Program-made: the position numbers and the translations under genes
In this document: piece by piece, positions 20,169-29,394 of the stretch
Layout of the letters: each line of letters opens with the position of its first letter
Position numbering within the stretch: position 1 is the first letter of the stretch
Source of the DNA: an uncultured Chloroflexia bacterium
Lineage (GTDB): Bacteria; Chloroflexota; Limnocylindria; Limnocylindrales; CSP1-4
Direction: 5' to 3'
Assembly: GCA_963749705.1 (NCBI GenBank)
Contig: CAVVNQ010000008.1
Coordinates: 288,001-352,000, forward strand
Length of the DNA: 64,000 bases
Notes under the pieces: model-generated
Databases searched by the model: none
Told to the model about the DNA's origin: nothing
The model's input: the letters and a program-made list of their open reading frames with translations, nothing else

Positions 20169-20210
20169 TGGTGCTCCGGGGGCCGTCGGCGCGACGGCTG
20201 GGTATTGGTA

Positions 20211-20224
20211 GTTGCATGTGCAAC
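20211..20224. promoter_or_regulatory. palindromic operator (MarR-like)
   Basis: GTTGCA-TG-TGCAAC about 45 bp upstream of the DUF385 gene, in an AT-richer patch. Confidence 0.5.
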
Positions 20225-20303
20225 GATACCGCACGCGGGAGGTGAACACAAGGCGGGGCCGCCGGGGCACAGCAACCAGTCGCACGGCCCTACACTCGCT
20301 CCG

Positions 20304-21082
20304 ATGCTGCGCACCGTGACCGCGACCCGATACGTGACCCCGCTGCGCGAGGGCGGGTCGGTCCCCGCGCTCGTCGAGGCCGACGACGACGGCCTGTACG
20401 TCACGAAGCTGCTGGGCGCGGGTCACGGCCGCAAGGCGCTGGTCGCGGAGCTGGTGGTGGGCGAGATCGGCTCGGCATCTCGGGCTGCCCGTCCCCGACC
20501 TCGTCCTGGTCGAGCTGGACGCCGCGCTCTCGAAGGCCGAGCCGGACCAGGAGATCCGCGAGATGCTGGCGCGGTCGGCGGGCACCAACTTCGGGCTCGA
20601 CTTCCTGCCCGGCGCGCTGGCGTTCGCGCCGCGGATCGAGCCCGCGCCCGAGGCGGACCTCGCCGCGGCCATCGTGTGGCTCGACGCGTTCACGACCAAC
20701 GTCGACCGCACCCCGCGCAACCCCAACCTCATCGTGTGGCACCGGCGGCTCCACCTCATCGACCACGGATCCGCGCTGTACATCCACCACACCTGGCGCG
20801 ACCCGGACGAGCACGCCCGGCGCCCGTTCGAGGCCATCCGGGACCACGTGCTGCTGCCGTTCGCGGGATCGATCGTCGGAGGCGGACGAGCGCCTGGCCG
20901 CGCAGCTGGACGCCGCTACGCTCGACGAGGTCGTCGCCTCGATCCCGGACGACTGGCTGCGCCCGGAGGCCGGGCTCGCCGACCCGGATGCGCACCGTCG
21001 GGCATATGTCCGCTACCTGCTTGCGCGGCTGGCCGGGCCGCGGGCATTCGTCGAGGAGGCCGAACGTGCCCGAGCAGCCTGA
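20304..21082 (+). pseudogene. HipA-like (HipA_2) kinase with two +1 frameshifts (about 20470 and 20879)
   Basis: LREGGS.P...ADDDG.YV.K, ELV.GEI; NVDRT.RNPN, LIDHG; third segment IPDDWL...YL..RL. Confidence 0.85.
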
Positions 21083-21500
21083 CCCCGCGCCGGCTGACGC
21101 CCGCGGGCCCGGAGACGCCGGCCGAAGCCCGTTCGAGTACGCGATCGTGCGCGTCGTGCCGCGCGTCGAGCGGGGCGAGGGGTTCAACGCCGGCATCGTC
21201 CTCGCGTCGCGCGTGCACCGCTACCTGGCCGCGAAGGTGCTGCTGGACGAGGCCGTGCTCGTCGCGCTCGCTCCCGACTGCGACCCGGAGATCGTCCGCG
21301 CGCACCTCGACGCGATCGTGCGGATCGCGGCCGGTGACCCGGAGGCGGGGCCGATCGCCGCCCTGTCGGCCCCCGAGCGGTTCCACTGGCTGGCATCGCC
21401 GTCGTCCACGATCATCCAGCCCTCGGACGTCCACACGGGCCTGACGTCCGACCCCGCGGCAACGCTCGAGCACCTGTTCCGGACGCTCGTCCAGCGCTGA
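21066..21500 (+). CDS. DUF3037 domain protein
   Basis: FEYAIVRVVPRVERGE..NAG, RFHWL..P.STIIQ.S.VHTG; overlaps the kinase 3' end. Confidence 0.9.
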   Translation: MPEQPDPAPADARGPGDAGRSPFEYAIVRVVPRVERGEGFNAGIVLASRVHRYLAAKVLLDEAVLVALAPDCDPEIVRAHLDAIVRIAAGDPEAGPIAALSAPERFHWLASPSSTIIQPSDVHTGLTSDPAATLEHLFRTLVQR

Positions 21501-21673
21501 TCCGGATGGAAGGGTCCGGCCCAGGGCAGGACCGTTGGCAGCCTTGCACGCATCGACGGACCACCGGACGATGAGCGCATGGTCGGTCGGATGTCGTGCT
21601 GTCGTCGCGACCCGCGTCGGCAGCTGCGTGGCAGCCCGCACGGTCGAGCGCCCACCAGAGGACGAGATCGGCA

Positions 21674-22486
21674 GTGACCCACGCGACTGACCGCCCGAAC
21701 ATCCGGCTCCGGCTCATCCGACTCCTCATCGTCGGCCTGACCGGTGTCGTGCTCGCCTTTGGCCTCTACTCGATCGGACGGGCGATCACGACGCCCCATC
21801 GCACGACGCCCGTGTACGACCCGCCGGTGCTGGCCGGCCAGATCATCCCGGGCTACTGCTCGGCGGGGGTCTACGCCCGGCTTGGCGACACGATCGTGCT
21901 CACCACCTCGCCCCACTGTGCCGGCGAGGGAACGCTCGAGACCTCGCCCGACGGCACGGTCCAGGGTGTCGTCGGCCCGACGGCCCTGGAAACCCCCTGC
22001 GCGCACCCCGATCACACGTGCAAGCCCTCGGACATGAACTACGTCATCGTTGCGCTCGACCGCATCCCGTGGGGCCACCTCAACGAGATCGACATGGGTG
22101 TCGGTGGCTACAGGATCCTGTCGGCTGGCACCGAGGCGCTGTCCTGCGGCGAGATCGCGGTCGGGGACCCGATCGAGATGGACGGGCGGAACGAGTACCG
22201 GACCGGAACGGTAGCCGCGAAGGGTCCATACCTGTTCTCGCCGAGCGAGGACGGCGACTACTTCTCGTGCATGATCGCCGCGCGCCTGCCGGTCGGCGGC
22301 GGCGACTCCGGCAGCGTCGTGCTCGTCCGCGGCATCCCGGCCGGGATCACCTCGCGCAGTCTCAACGGCGATCTCGGCTTCACGCCCCTTGCCGAGGGCC
22401 TGGACAACCTGGGCCTGGCGCTGTGTACCACGCCTGATTGCGGTCTCGTGCCGACCGCGGCATCGCCGACGGCAATCCAGCCTTGA
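21674..22486 (+). CDS. membrane-anchored/secreted trypsin-like (S1) serine protease
   Basis: N-terminal TM; CSAG, TSPHC (His), D, GGDSGS (Ser); several Cys. Confidence 0.7.
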   Translation: MTHATDRPNIRLRLIRLLIVGLTGVVLAFGLYSIGRAITTPHRTTPVYDPPVLAGQIIPGYCSAGVYARLGDTIVLTTSPHCAGEGTLETSPDGTVQGVVGPTALETPCAHPDHTCKPSDMNYVIVALDRIPWGHLNEIDMGVGGYRILSAGTEALSCGEIAVGDPIEMDGRNEYRTGTVAAKGPYLFSPSEDGDYFSCMIAARLPVGGGDSGSVVLVRGIPAGITSRSLNGDLGFTPLAEGLDNLGLALCTTPDCGLVPTAASPTAIQP

Positions 22487-22562
22487 ATGCCGGCCGGGGG
22501 TCATCGTTCGGCGGACGCCCGACCCGCCCGCACGCGCCGCGACCCGCGCCCTGCCTCGACGC

Positions 22563-22711
22563 CTAGCGCGGCGGCGCCGCGATCCCCGGCTCGGTGGCAG
22601 GATCGACTGCGGGTACCGGTCGCGCGTTGACAGGGTCAGCGGACGCCCGGTCCTGGCGCCGCCGGAACGACCAGGCGATGGCGATCGTGATCAGCATGAA
22701 CGTGAGCGACA
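22563..22711 (-). pseudogene. orphan 3' fragment of the SemiSWEET gene
   Basis: Translates SLTFMLITIAIAWSFRRRQDRASADPVNARPVPAVDPATEPGIAAPPR*, homologous to the C-terminus of 25979-26335. Confidence 0.85.
22642..22711. repeat. 70-bp perfect direct repeat, copy 1 (att-like)
   Basis: Identical to 26055-26124. Confidence 0.95.
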
Positions 22712-22717
22712 ATCCCC

Positions 22718-24094
22718 TCAGGGGTTCGGCGGCGGCAATGCCAGCTCAGGCGTCGAAGCGTCCGGCAGTGGCGTGCTGACCGCTCCCGAGACCGAGTCGC
22801 GTACGCCCCCCGTACCGAAGAAGCCGCCGTCGCCCCCGTCGACCACGATGCACGTTGGGTCGAGGTATGTCAGACCGCCCGGCAGGCGGATGTCACCCTG
22901 GAACTGCACGACCCAGGCTGGACGATCCGACTGAAGCTCCGGGTTCCGTGCACTCAGCCGCGCGTATCGGGGCGCGTCGCTCGCGTGCTCGATCCGACCG
23001 AGGCCCGTGATGGCCGCACTTCCGTAGCGCGAGACGATCTCCGGGACGAGGCAGACCTCGAAGGCCCGGGCTGCGTCGGCCGGCGGGTTTGACAGCGATA
23101 CAGGCGCAACCGTCGGGTCGATGGGCACGCCCTCGGTGGCGCCAGTCGGGTCAGACGCCGGGGTGGCGCTGGCCGACGGCGCCGGCGCAACAGACACGCT
23201 TGGCCCCGCTGACGGGATAGGCGAGCCCAGCGGTACGAAGCCGACGCCCGGCACCATGTGCCCCATCAACGTCGTAAGGTCGTCCGCGTAGACGGGCCGA
23301 GGCGCGTCCTGCGGAGGGTTCGACGGCGTCCCGGGGACGGGGTCGAAGGGCCCGATGAGGTACTGCTTGGGAACGTAGCCGGCGATCGTCACGCCATCGC
23401 GAGCCCAGGCTGAAACAAAGTCGGGCACCAGCGCCCCGTAGGTGGGGCCGCCCTCCGGCGGGCTTGCGTTGGCCGGGATCGGACCCTTGGTCGGCTTGCG
23501 CCAGGCGACCGCCTCGACGGTGAGCGTGGTCTCGCAGTCGCTGCACAGGCTTGGTCCGCTCGACCCTCCGGTGAACGTTTCGACGCGGACGACGGTAAGC
23601 GCGCCGGAGGTCCGGACGAAGCCAGGCGCAACCGTCATGCCGTTCAGCGCGAACTGCGGGCCTGATCCCGCGGCACCGGAGAGCTTCCACCACTCCCCGC
23701 AGGGCGCGCCCGAGGCCACCGTCGCGTCTGGGCAGGGGTCCGAGCCAAGCACGAGCGTCCCACCGGCGAGGAACGTTCCGGACGTCGCGCTCCGCGCTGT
23801 GATCTGGTCGCCGCGAAGGACCGGCTCGCCGCCAATCGAGACGGGAAGCCCATCCGACCCGATCTGGATCGCACCCGGTCCCGCCGATGTCGCGGGGAGG
23901 AGTCGCGGCCCAAAGACGACGGCGGCCACGACTGCGACCACCGCCAGGGCGACGCCGACCGGCAGCCGACGGCCGGACGGCCGCGGTGCCGGGCGCGGGA
24001 GAAACGGGAAATCACGCTCGGCCCGATCCAGCTCGGCGACCAGGTAGTCGCGCAGGCGGGGGTCGACCGACGTGCTGGACGGCAGGTCAGTCAT
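22718..24094 (-). CDS. membrane-anchored protein, putative anti-sigma factor
   Basis: Short cytoplasmic N-terminus (DPRLRDYL), one TM, large extracellular Cys/Pro-rich region; overlaps the ECF sigma stop. Confidence 0.7.
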   Translation of the reverse strand: MTDLPSSTSVDPRLRDYLVAELDRAERDFPFLPRPAPRPSGRRLPVGVALAVVAVVAAVVFGPRLLPATSAGPGAIQIGSDGLPVSIGGEPVLRGDQITARSATSGTFLAGGTLVLGSDPCPDATVASGAPCGEWWKLSGAAGSGPQFALNGMTVAPGFVRTSGALTVVRVETFTGGSSGPSLCSDCETTLTVEAVAWRKPTKGPIPANASPPEGGPTYGALVPDFVSAWARDGVTIAGYVPKQYLIGPFDPVPGTPSNPPQDAPRPVYADDLTTLMGHMVPGVGFVPLGSPIPSAGPSVSVAPAPSASATPASDPTGATEGVPIDPTVAPVSLSNPPADAARAFEVCLVPEIVSRYGSAAITGLGRIEHASDAPRYARLSARNPELQSDRPAWVVQFQGDIRLPGGLTYLDPTCIVVDGGDGGFFGTGGVRDSVSGAVSTPLPDASTPELALPPPNP

Positions 24095-24602
24095 CGTGGA
24101 GGTCCTCTCGTAGCCGGGCGAGGCCCGTCTTCAACTGGCTCTTGATCGTGTTCTCGCTCACGCCCAGCGCCAGGGCGGTCTCCGGCACGGACAGGCCGGC
24201 GAGGTGGTGCAGGGCGATCGCGGCCCGAATTCGTCGCGGCAGCCTGGCCAACCCGTCCCGGACGTCGATCCGCTGGGCGGCATCACTGCCTGCCGTCGGC
24301 ACCTCGCGGACATGACTGTCGAGACTGACGAGCCGACGGAGGCGGCGGACGACGCGGAACGCCTCGCGGGTCTGGACCCGAAGGAGCCACGCCCGGAGGG
24401 CCCGCGGTTCGCGCAGCCCATCGAGATGTCGGAGGGCTATCTCGAATGTCGTCTGGACGAGGTCCTGGGCTTCGTCGTCGTCCAGGGTGATCACTCGCGC
24501 TGCGGCCAATAGCACAGGCCCGTGCGTGTACAGCTCCTCGACCAGGGCGTCTCGGGTGCGCGCCTCCCCTGGGGCCAGTTCGGTCACCTGCGCTGTGTCC
24601 AT
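24087..24602 (-). CDS. ECF (sigma-70 family) RNA polymerase sigma factor
   Basis: EAQDLVQTTF region 2, AWLLRV, LARLP.R.R.AIAL...GLS..ETA..LGVSENTIKS region 4. Confidence 0.92.
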   Translation of the reverse strand: MDTAQVTELAPGEARTRDALVEELYTHGPVLLAAARVITLDDDEAQDLVQTTFEIALRHLDGLREPRALRAWLLRVQTREAFRVVRRLRRLVSLDSHVREVPTAGSDAAQRIDVRDGLARLPRRIRAAIALHHLAGLSVPETALALGVSENTIKSQLKTGLARLREDLHDD

Positions 24603-24794
24603 CCACCCTCTATTCCTGGCTGCTCGATAACCAAGAGGATGCAGCACGACGAACCGGGTGAGAGGCCAGCCCGGAGGCGTAGCCCAAACGGCCGAGACCA
24701 ATGACGCACTACCTTCGCCCCGGAGGCGGGACGCGGCCGCGCGACGCGATGCGCAGGCGACGACGAGGTTGGACGGGGTTAGACGCCAGACCGT

Positions 24795-25967
24795 CTACGC
24801 CTCGCTCGGCAGCCCGCGCAGGTAGCGGCCGAAGCCCGGGATGCTGAACTCGTACGGGCCGTAGGGTCGTTGCTGGAACACCAGCCCTGCCTTCATGAGG
24901 TCCTCACGGACCCGGTTCACGTTCACCTTCGTGGGCATCAGCCGGGCGGCGTCGGACAGCCGGACCCCGTTCTCGCCGGTTGTCGCCCTGGCCATCGCAA
25001 CCAGGAACGCCTGCTCGGTCGGGCTCACGAGCTGGAAGCGCGGCCTGTAGAACTGCTCCTGGAGCTGGAGCTCGTAGAGGCCCCGCACGCGCTCGACATC
25101 GTCGCTCGAGATGGGATTGCCGGATCGCGGCCACACAGCGTCACCGAGCTGGTGGATGAACTCCGGATACCCCGCCGTCATCGCGTACCCCGCCCCGAGC
25201 GCCTCGGTCGTGAACGCTCCGGATCCCATCGCCGCGATGCCGTCGAACGCCTCGGTGGTCTCGGCCTCGGTGAACCGGTCCAGCCGCTGGTAGTTGAACC
25301 GCTCCGCGAAGCCGCCGGCCTGGTGGCACAGGACCTGCGTCTGGGGCAGCCCGGCGGCCACCATCGTGATCGGGACGCCCTGGGCCATCACCTCCTCGAG
25401 CGCCGACACCAGGGCATGCAGCGCCGCGGCCGGGAGGAATTGGAGCTCGTCGACGAACAGGATGGCGCGGAACTCGGGCGCGATCACCTCGCCCAGCGAC
25501 ACGAGCACGCGCGTGAGGTCCTGCGTCAGGCCGCGTTCGCGCTCCGCCCTGGTGGCGCCGACCGAGAGCGAGATCCCGGCGAACCCGAGCGACACGCTGA
25601 ACGCCTTGAACCGGTCGAATGCCCGGCGCACCCGGGACGATGGGCCCTCGGCCGCAAGGATCTGCGCCTCGATCTGCTCGATGGCGTCGCCGAAGGTGAC
25701 CCGCAGGTTCTCGTCGTAGGTCATCTTGCGGCGCACGCCGACCAGCCAGCCACGTTCCACGACCAGCTCGGTGAGGTGGAACAGCAGCGCCGACTTGCCG
25801 ACCCCGCGCACGCCGTGGACGACGAGCGGCGGCGCGCTGTTGTCGGTCTCCCACTTCTCGACGAGGCGCCGGATGAAGTGCTCCTCGATCAGCTCCTGGC
25901 GACCGGCGAAGTAGCGGGGTCGAGGCGATCCCGGGGCGAACGGGTTGGCTCCCTTGGGCGATGCCAT
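24795..25967 (-). CDS. AAA/STAND-like ATP-binding protein with C-terminal winged helix
   Basis: NPF.PG, FAGR, Walker A GVRGVGKS, Walker B LFVDELQ, T.GYP.F, R..L...GL..F.IPGF. Confidence 0.85.
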   Translation of the reverse strand: MASPKGANPFAPGSPRPRYFAGRQELIEEHFIRRLVEKWETDNSAPPLVVHGVRGVGKSALLFHLTELVVERGWLVGVRRKMTYDENLRVTFGDAIEQIEAQILAAEGPSSRVRRAFDRFKAFSVSLGFAGISLSVGATRAERERGLTQDLTRVLVSLGEVIAPEFRAILFVDELQFLPAAALHALVSALEEVMAQGVPITMVAAGLPQTQVLCHQAGGFAERFNYQRLDRFTEAETTEAFDGIAAMGSGAFTTEALGAGYAMTAGYPEFIHQLGDAVWPRSGNPISSDDVERVRGLYELQLQEQFYRPRFQLVSPTEQAFLVAMARATTGENGVRLSDAARLMPTKVNVNRVREDLMKAGLVFQQRPYGPYEFSIPGFGRYLRGLPSEA

Positions 25968-25978
25968 GCGCTGCGTCC

Positions 25979-26335
25979 CTACGTCGGTGGCGACGCGGTC
26001 CCGGGCTCGGTCGCGTCGATCGCCGATGCCCGTCGGGGATCCGGCGGCCCGCCTGACGCCCGGTCCTGGCGCCGCCGGAACGACCAGGCGATGGCGATCG
26101 TGATCAGCATGAACGTGAGCGACACGGTGTTGGTGATCATGACCGGACCGTTGCCGATCGAGATCCCATAGGCCAGCCAGAGCACGAACCCCGGCGTCAG
26201 CAGGCCCAGGTAGCCCAGCGAGACATCCCGGCTGGACTGGGTCTGGAACATGCGCCGGATCTGCATCGTGGGCGCCAGCCCCATCACGAGGCCCCAGGCG
26301 GTTGCCGCGACGGCCAGGACGTCCTCGATCGACAT
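25979..26335 (-). CDS. SemiSWEET/PQ-loop family transporter
   Basis: Three TMs; Q...F.T.SSRDVSL, G..LWL.YG, PV..TN. Confidence 0.85.
   Translation of the reverse strand: MSIEDVLAVAATAWGLVMGLAPTMQIRRMFQTQSSRDVSLGYLGLLTPGFVLWLAYGISIGNGPVMITNTVSLTFMLITIAIAWSFRRRQDRASGGPPDPRRASAIDATEPGTASPPT
26055..26124. repeat. 70-bp perfect direct repeat, copy 2 (inside the SemiSWEET CDS)
   Basis: Identical to 22642-22711. Confidence 0.95.
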
Positions 26336-26913
26336 CAGGCCTTCGTCTGTGCGCGAAGCTCGGCCTTGCGGGCGCGCTTGCCGGCCTGGTACTCGGCCAG
26401 CGCCTCCGGGGAATCGACGTCGCCCAGCGTCGGGTGCGACGGGACGACGTCGTCCCAGCCGGCGGGCTTGATCCCGTAGCGCATGCCCAGCAGCGCGACG
26501 ATCGTGCCGGCCTTCATCTCGCCGATGCCGGGCAGCGCGATCAGCCGCGCGTGGAGGTCGCGCGCGTCCGACGCCTCGGACCAGATCCGGGTCGCATCGC
26601 CGGCGTACGCGTCCGCGATCGCCGCGCACAGGTCGCGAACCCGCTTGGCCATGTTGCCCGGGAAGCGATGGAGCGCGGGCGGCGTCCGGAACGCGGCGTC
26701 GAGCTGCTCGGGATCCATGGTCGCGATCGTCGCGGCATCGAGCGACCCGATCCGGCGGCGCAGCTCGTACGGGCCTGCGAACGCCTTCTGGACGGTCACC
26801 TGCTGGTCGAGCGCGAAGCCGATGAGCAGGGCTAGCGGGTCGGTCGCGATCAGCGCGTCGGCGTCGGCGTCGCCGGTGAACGGGAGGTGGTCAGGCGGGA
26901 CGGGGAGGCTCAT
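26335..26913 (-). CDS. HhH-GPD-type base excision DNA repair protein
   Basis: DPLALLIG..LDQQV...AF.GP, PALHRFP, LPG.G.MKA HhH motif. Confidence 0.9.
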   Translation of the reverse strand: MSLPVPPDHLPFTGDADADALIATDPLALLIGFALDQQVTVQKAFAGPYELRRRIGSLDAATIATMDPEQLDAAFRTPPALHRFPGNMAKRVRDLCAAIADAYAGDATRIWSEASDARDLHARLIALPGIGEMKAGTIVALLGMRYGIKPAGWDDVVPSHPTLGDVDSPEALAEYQAGKRARKAELRAQTKA

Positions 26914-26968
26914 GGGCCCATCGTACGGTGCATGCGGGCATCGCGGGCTCCGACGTACGATCAATTCG

Positions 26969-27748
26969 ATGCTGCTGGGGATCGACCATCTCGTCATCGC
27001 CGTCCGTGACCCGGACGCGGCCGCCGCCACCATCGAGCACGACCTCGGGCTGTCGTTCACGGGTGGCGGCCGGCACGAACACGCCGGCACGTTCAACCGG
27101 CTCGCCTTCCTGGGCGACAGCTACCTCGAGCTGATCGGCGTGTTCGACCGGTCGCTGGTCCTGGCATCGTCGTCGTTCGCCGTCGGGCGGGCAGCGCTGA
27201 CGGTGCTGGACGATGGCGGCGAAGGGCTGGCGACGTTCGCGCTCGCCGTCGACGACATCGGCGCCGAGGTGGCCCGCCTCCGGTCGACCGGGTCACGGAT
27301 CGGTGGACCGGTCCCGGGTGCGCGCACTCGTACCGACGGCGACATCGTGCGCTGGATCACCGCATTCCCGGCGCTCGGACCGGCGGAGCCACCGTTCCTC
27401 ATCGAGCATGACTACCGCGGCGCCGAGTGGGGCGATGCCGCGTTGGCGGAGCGAGCCGCGTTCCGCCACCCCGTCGGCGGATGCGTCCGGCTCGCCGGGC
27501 TGACGATCCCGGTTGCGGACCCGGCGGTGACTGCGGGCGAATGGGCCTCGACGATCGGGGTGACGTTCGACAACGGCCATCGCGCCGCGATCGGGGCGCA
27601 GGTCATCGAGCTTGGGCGCCAGGACGCCGGATCGCCCGGGTCATCGATCCCGGCCGTCCACCTCGTCGCGGACGCGGACACGCCGTCGATCGAGCTAGGC
27701 GGCTTCGGTGTTCGGTGGCATCGCCACGAGGCGCCGCCCGGGTCCTGA
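26969..27748 (+). CDS. VOC family (glyoxalase-like) protein
   Basis: IDHLVIAV, GGRH...GT.N.L......YLELI, PFLIE. Confidence 0.88.
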   Translation: MLLGIDHLVIAVRDPDAAAATIEHDLGLSFTGGGRHEHAGTFNRLAFLGDSYLELIGVFDRSLVLASSSFAVGRAALTVLDDGGEGLATFALAVDDIGAEVARLRSTGSRIGGPVPGARTRTDGDIVRWITAFPALGPAEPPFLIEHDYRGAEWGDAALAERAAFRHPVGGCVRLAGLTIPVADPAVTAGEWASTIGVTFDNGHRAAIGAQVIELGRQDAGSPGSSIPAVHLVADADTPSIELGGFGVRWHRHEAPPGS

Positions 27749-28456
27749 GCTCGCACCGGCCGCCCGAGCGGCAACTCCCGCATTGCGACGGCTCGCGATC
27801 GAGACCACGATCCGGTACGTGAGCAGGAAGCCCACGATCGCGGTCGATCCGAGGTACAGCCCCTGCGCCCAGCCCGCCCCGCTATCCGTCCCCGACGCGA
27901 TGCCGTGGACCGTCGCGCCCAAGAACGCGAGGAAGGTCAGGTAATGGAGCGTCCGCCAGGCGCGCTGCCCGATGTGGCGGCGGACGTAGAAGCTGGCGGT
28001 GACGATCGCCATCAGGTACAGCGCGACCTGCCCGATCCCGACGGCCAGCGGCGCATGCGGCGAGAGCCCCGGGACGAGGATCTGCGCGAGCGAGAACGGG
28101 ATCGTCCGGTCGAGACCGAGGAGGATGCCGTGGATCCCGGCCAGCCCGAGCCCGATCGCCGCCAGGTCCTGGTGGAGCGAGAAGCTGATCGGGCGGTGCG
28201 CGATCGCGTCGAGCAGCTTCGTGGACAGCAGCAGCCCGTACACCACCGAGCCGGTGGTCGCGAGGTAGGCGAGGAACCCGAACAGCCGCTCGAACAGCCA
28301 CGGCAGGCTCGCGGCGTTGGTCTCGACGACGGTCGCGATGCCCCGAACGGCACCCGGACCGGTGGCTCCGGCGACGATCCCCACGGCGACCGCGGCCAGG
28401 CCCCACCGGGCGAGCGCCGTACGCGGGTCGAGCCCGCGATACCTCACGCCAGCCAT
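27695..28456 (-). CDS. ferric reductase-like transmembrane (heme b) protein without FAD/NAD domain
   Basis: Hx13H and Hx12H heme-ligand pairs, WRTLHYL, HGI.SGTD. Confidence 0.88.
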   Translation of the reverse strand: MAGVRYRGLDPRTALARWGLAAVAVGIVAGATGPGAVRGIATVVETNAASLPWLFERLFGFLAYLATTGSVVYGLLLSTKLLDAIAHRPISFSLHQDLAAIGLGLAGIHGILLGLDRTIPFSLAQILVPGLSPHAPLAVGIGQVALYLMAIVTASFYVRRHIGQRAWRTLHYLTFLAFLGATVHGIASGTDSGAGWAQGLYLGSTAIVGFLLTYRIVVSIASRRNAGVAARAAGASSGPGRRLVAMPPNTEAA

Positions 28457-29394
28457 CGGACCATCCCCGGGGTCGCGCGAAGGTCGCCGTCGTCGGTCAG
28501 CAGGAGCAGGCCACGGACGCCCGGATGATCGAGCGCGGCGAACGCACCGGCGCTGCCGCGGATCACCGCGACCTTGGCCCAGGCCTCGGCCTCGCGCGCG
28601 GTGGCAGCGAGCACCGTGGCCTGGACGACATCGGTGTCGGCGGGGCGAAGCACGCGCGGATCGATCAGGTGGTGCGAGGGCCGGCCGCCGTGCATCCAGC
28701 GGTGGACGCTCGTGCCCGAGGTCGCGACACCCATCTCGACCGGCGCGTCACCGTCCGCTCGCAGGTCGAGGACCGCCAGCGTGTGACCCGGCATCCGCGG
28801 GTCAGCGATGCCGACCGGCCAGTGATCGCCGGGCGCGACGCGCACGGCGATGTCGCCGTCGCCGTCGACCATCGCGGAACGGGTCGATGCGAGCCCGAGG
28901 GCACGATCGGCGAGCCAGCCCTTGGCGACGCCATCGAGGTCGAACCGGACGCCCGGCTCGCGGCGGACGACGGCGCCTCGTGCACGCCGGTCGAGCGACC
29001 AGCGATGCGACGCCGGGACCGGCCGGCCGCCGGCGAGGTGCTCCGGCTCGCGGCCGGACTCGGCCGCCAGCCGCGCATCGAGCAGCGACGCGTCGACCAG
29101 CCCGTCGGTCAGGCCCTCTGCTCGGCGCGCCCAGTCGAGGACGGCGGTCAGCGTCGGGCCGATGGGGACCCGGGACCCGGGCGCATCGTTGAGGCGGCTC
29201 AGCTCGGAGGTCATCGTGAACCGGGTCAGGCGATCCGCCCACGCGGCCAGGCGGTCGAGGATGCGGTCCGCGGCAGCCGCCAGCCGAGCGGGGTCGCCGC
29301 GGTCGATGAGGTGGACCGAGACCCGACCGCCCATCATCGATGCCGCAGACGAGACGGGCTCGATCGTGGCCGGCACGGTGGCAACGGCGCTCAT
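28444..29394 (-). CDS. apbE: FAD:protein FMN transferase (ApbE family)
   Basis: MGG, RF...SELSRLN, DLDGVAKGW.AD, GDI, ATSG, HHLIDPR, ATV.A. Confidence 0.92.
   Translation of the reverse strand: MSAVATVPATIEPVSSAASMMGGRVSVHLIDRGDPARLAAAADRILDRLAAWADRLTRFTMTSELSRLNDAPGSRVPIGPTLTAVLDWARRAEGLTDGLVDASLLDARLAAESGREPEHLAGGRPVPASHRWSLDRRARGAVVRREPGVRFDLDGVAKGWLADRALGLASTRSAMVDGDGDIAVRVAPGDHWPVGIADPRMPGHTLAVLDLRADGDAPVEMGVATSGTSVHRWMHGGRPSHHLIDPRVLRPADTDVVQATVLAATAREAEAWAKVAVIRGSAGAFAALDHPGVRGLLLLTDDGDLRATPGMVRWLA

Larger units (their letters stand above)
22712..26054. mobile_element. integrase-less genomic islet between 70-bp direct repeats
   Basis: Flanking repeats inside a CDS; cargo is an ATPase, an ECF sigma and a membrane protein; part of the cargo looks more AT-rich at codon third positions. 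Confidence 0.6.

Noticed and set aside
19830-21500. 556-aa ORF suggesting a kinase-DUF3037 fusion
   Set aside because: Artefact of frameshifts; it contains only the kinase N-terminus and DUF3037 in one frame
24680-24790. Possible integron attC (GTCTAAC just after the ATPase stop on the minus strand)
   Set aside because: No matching GTTRRRY or L-box symmetry, no similar sites after other genes, and no integrase
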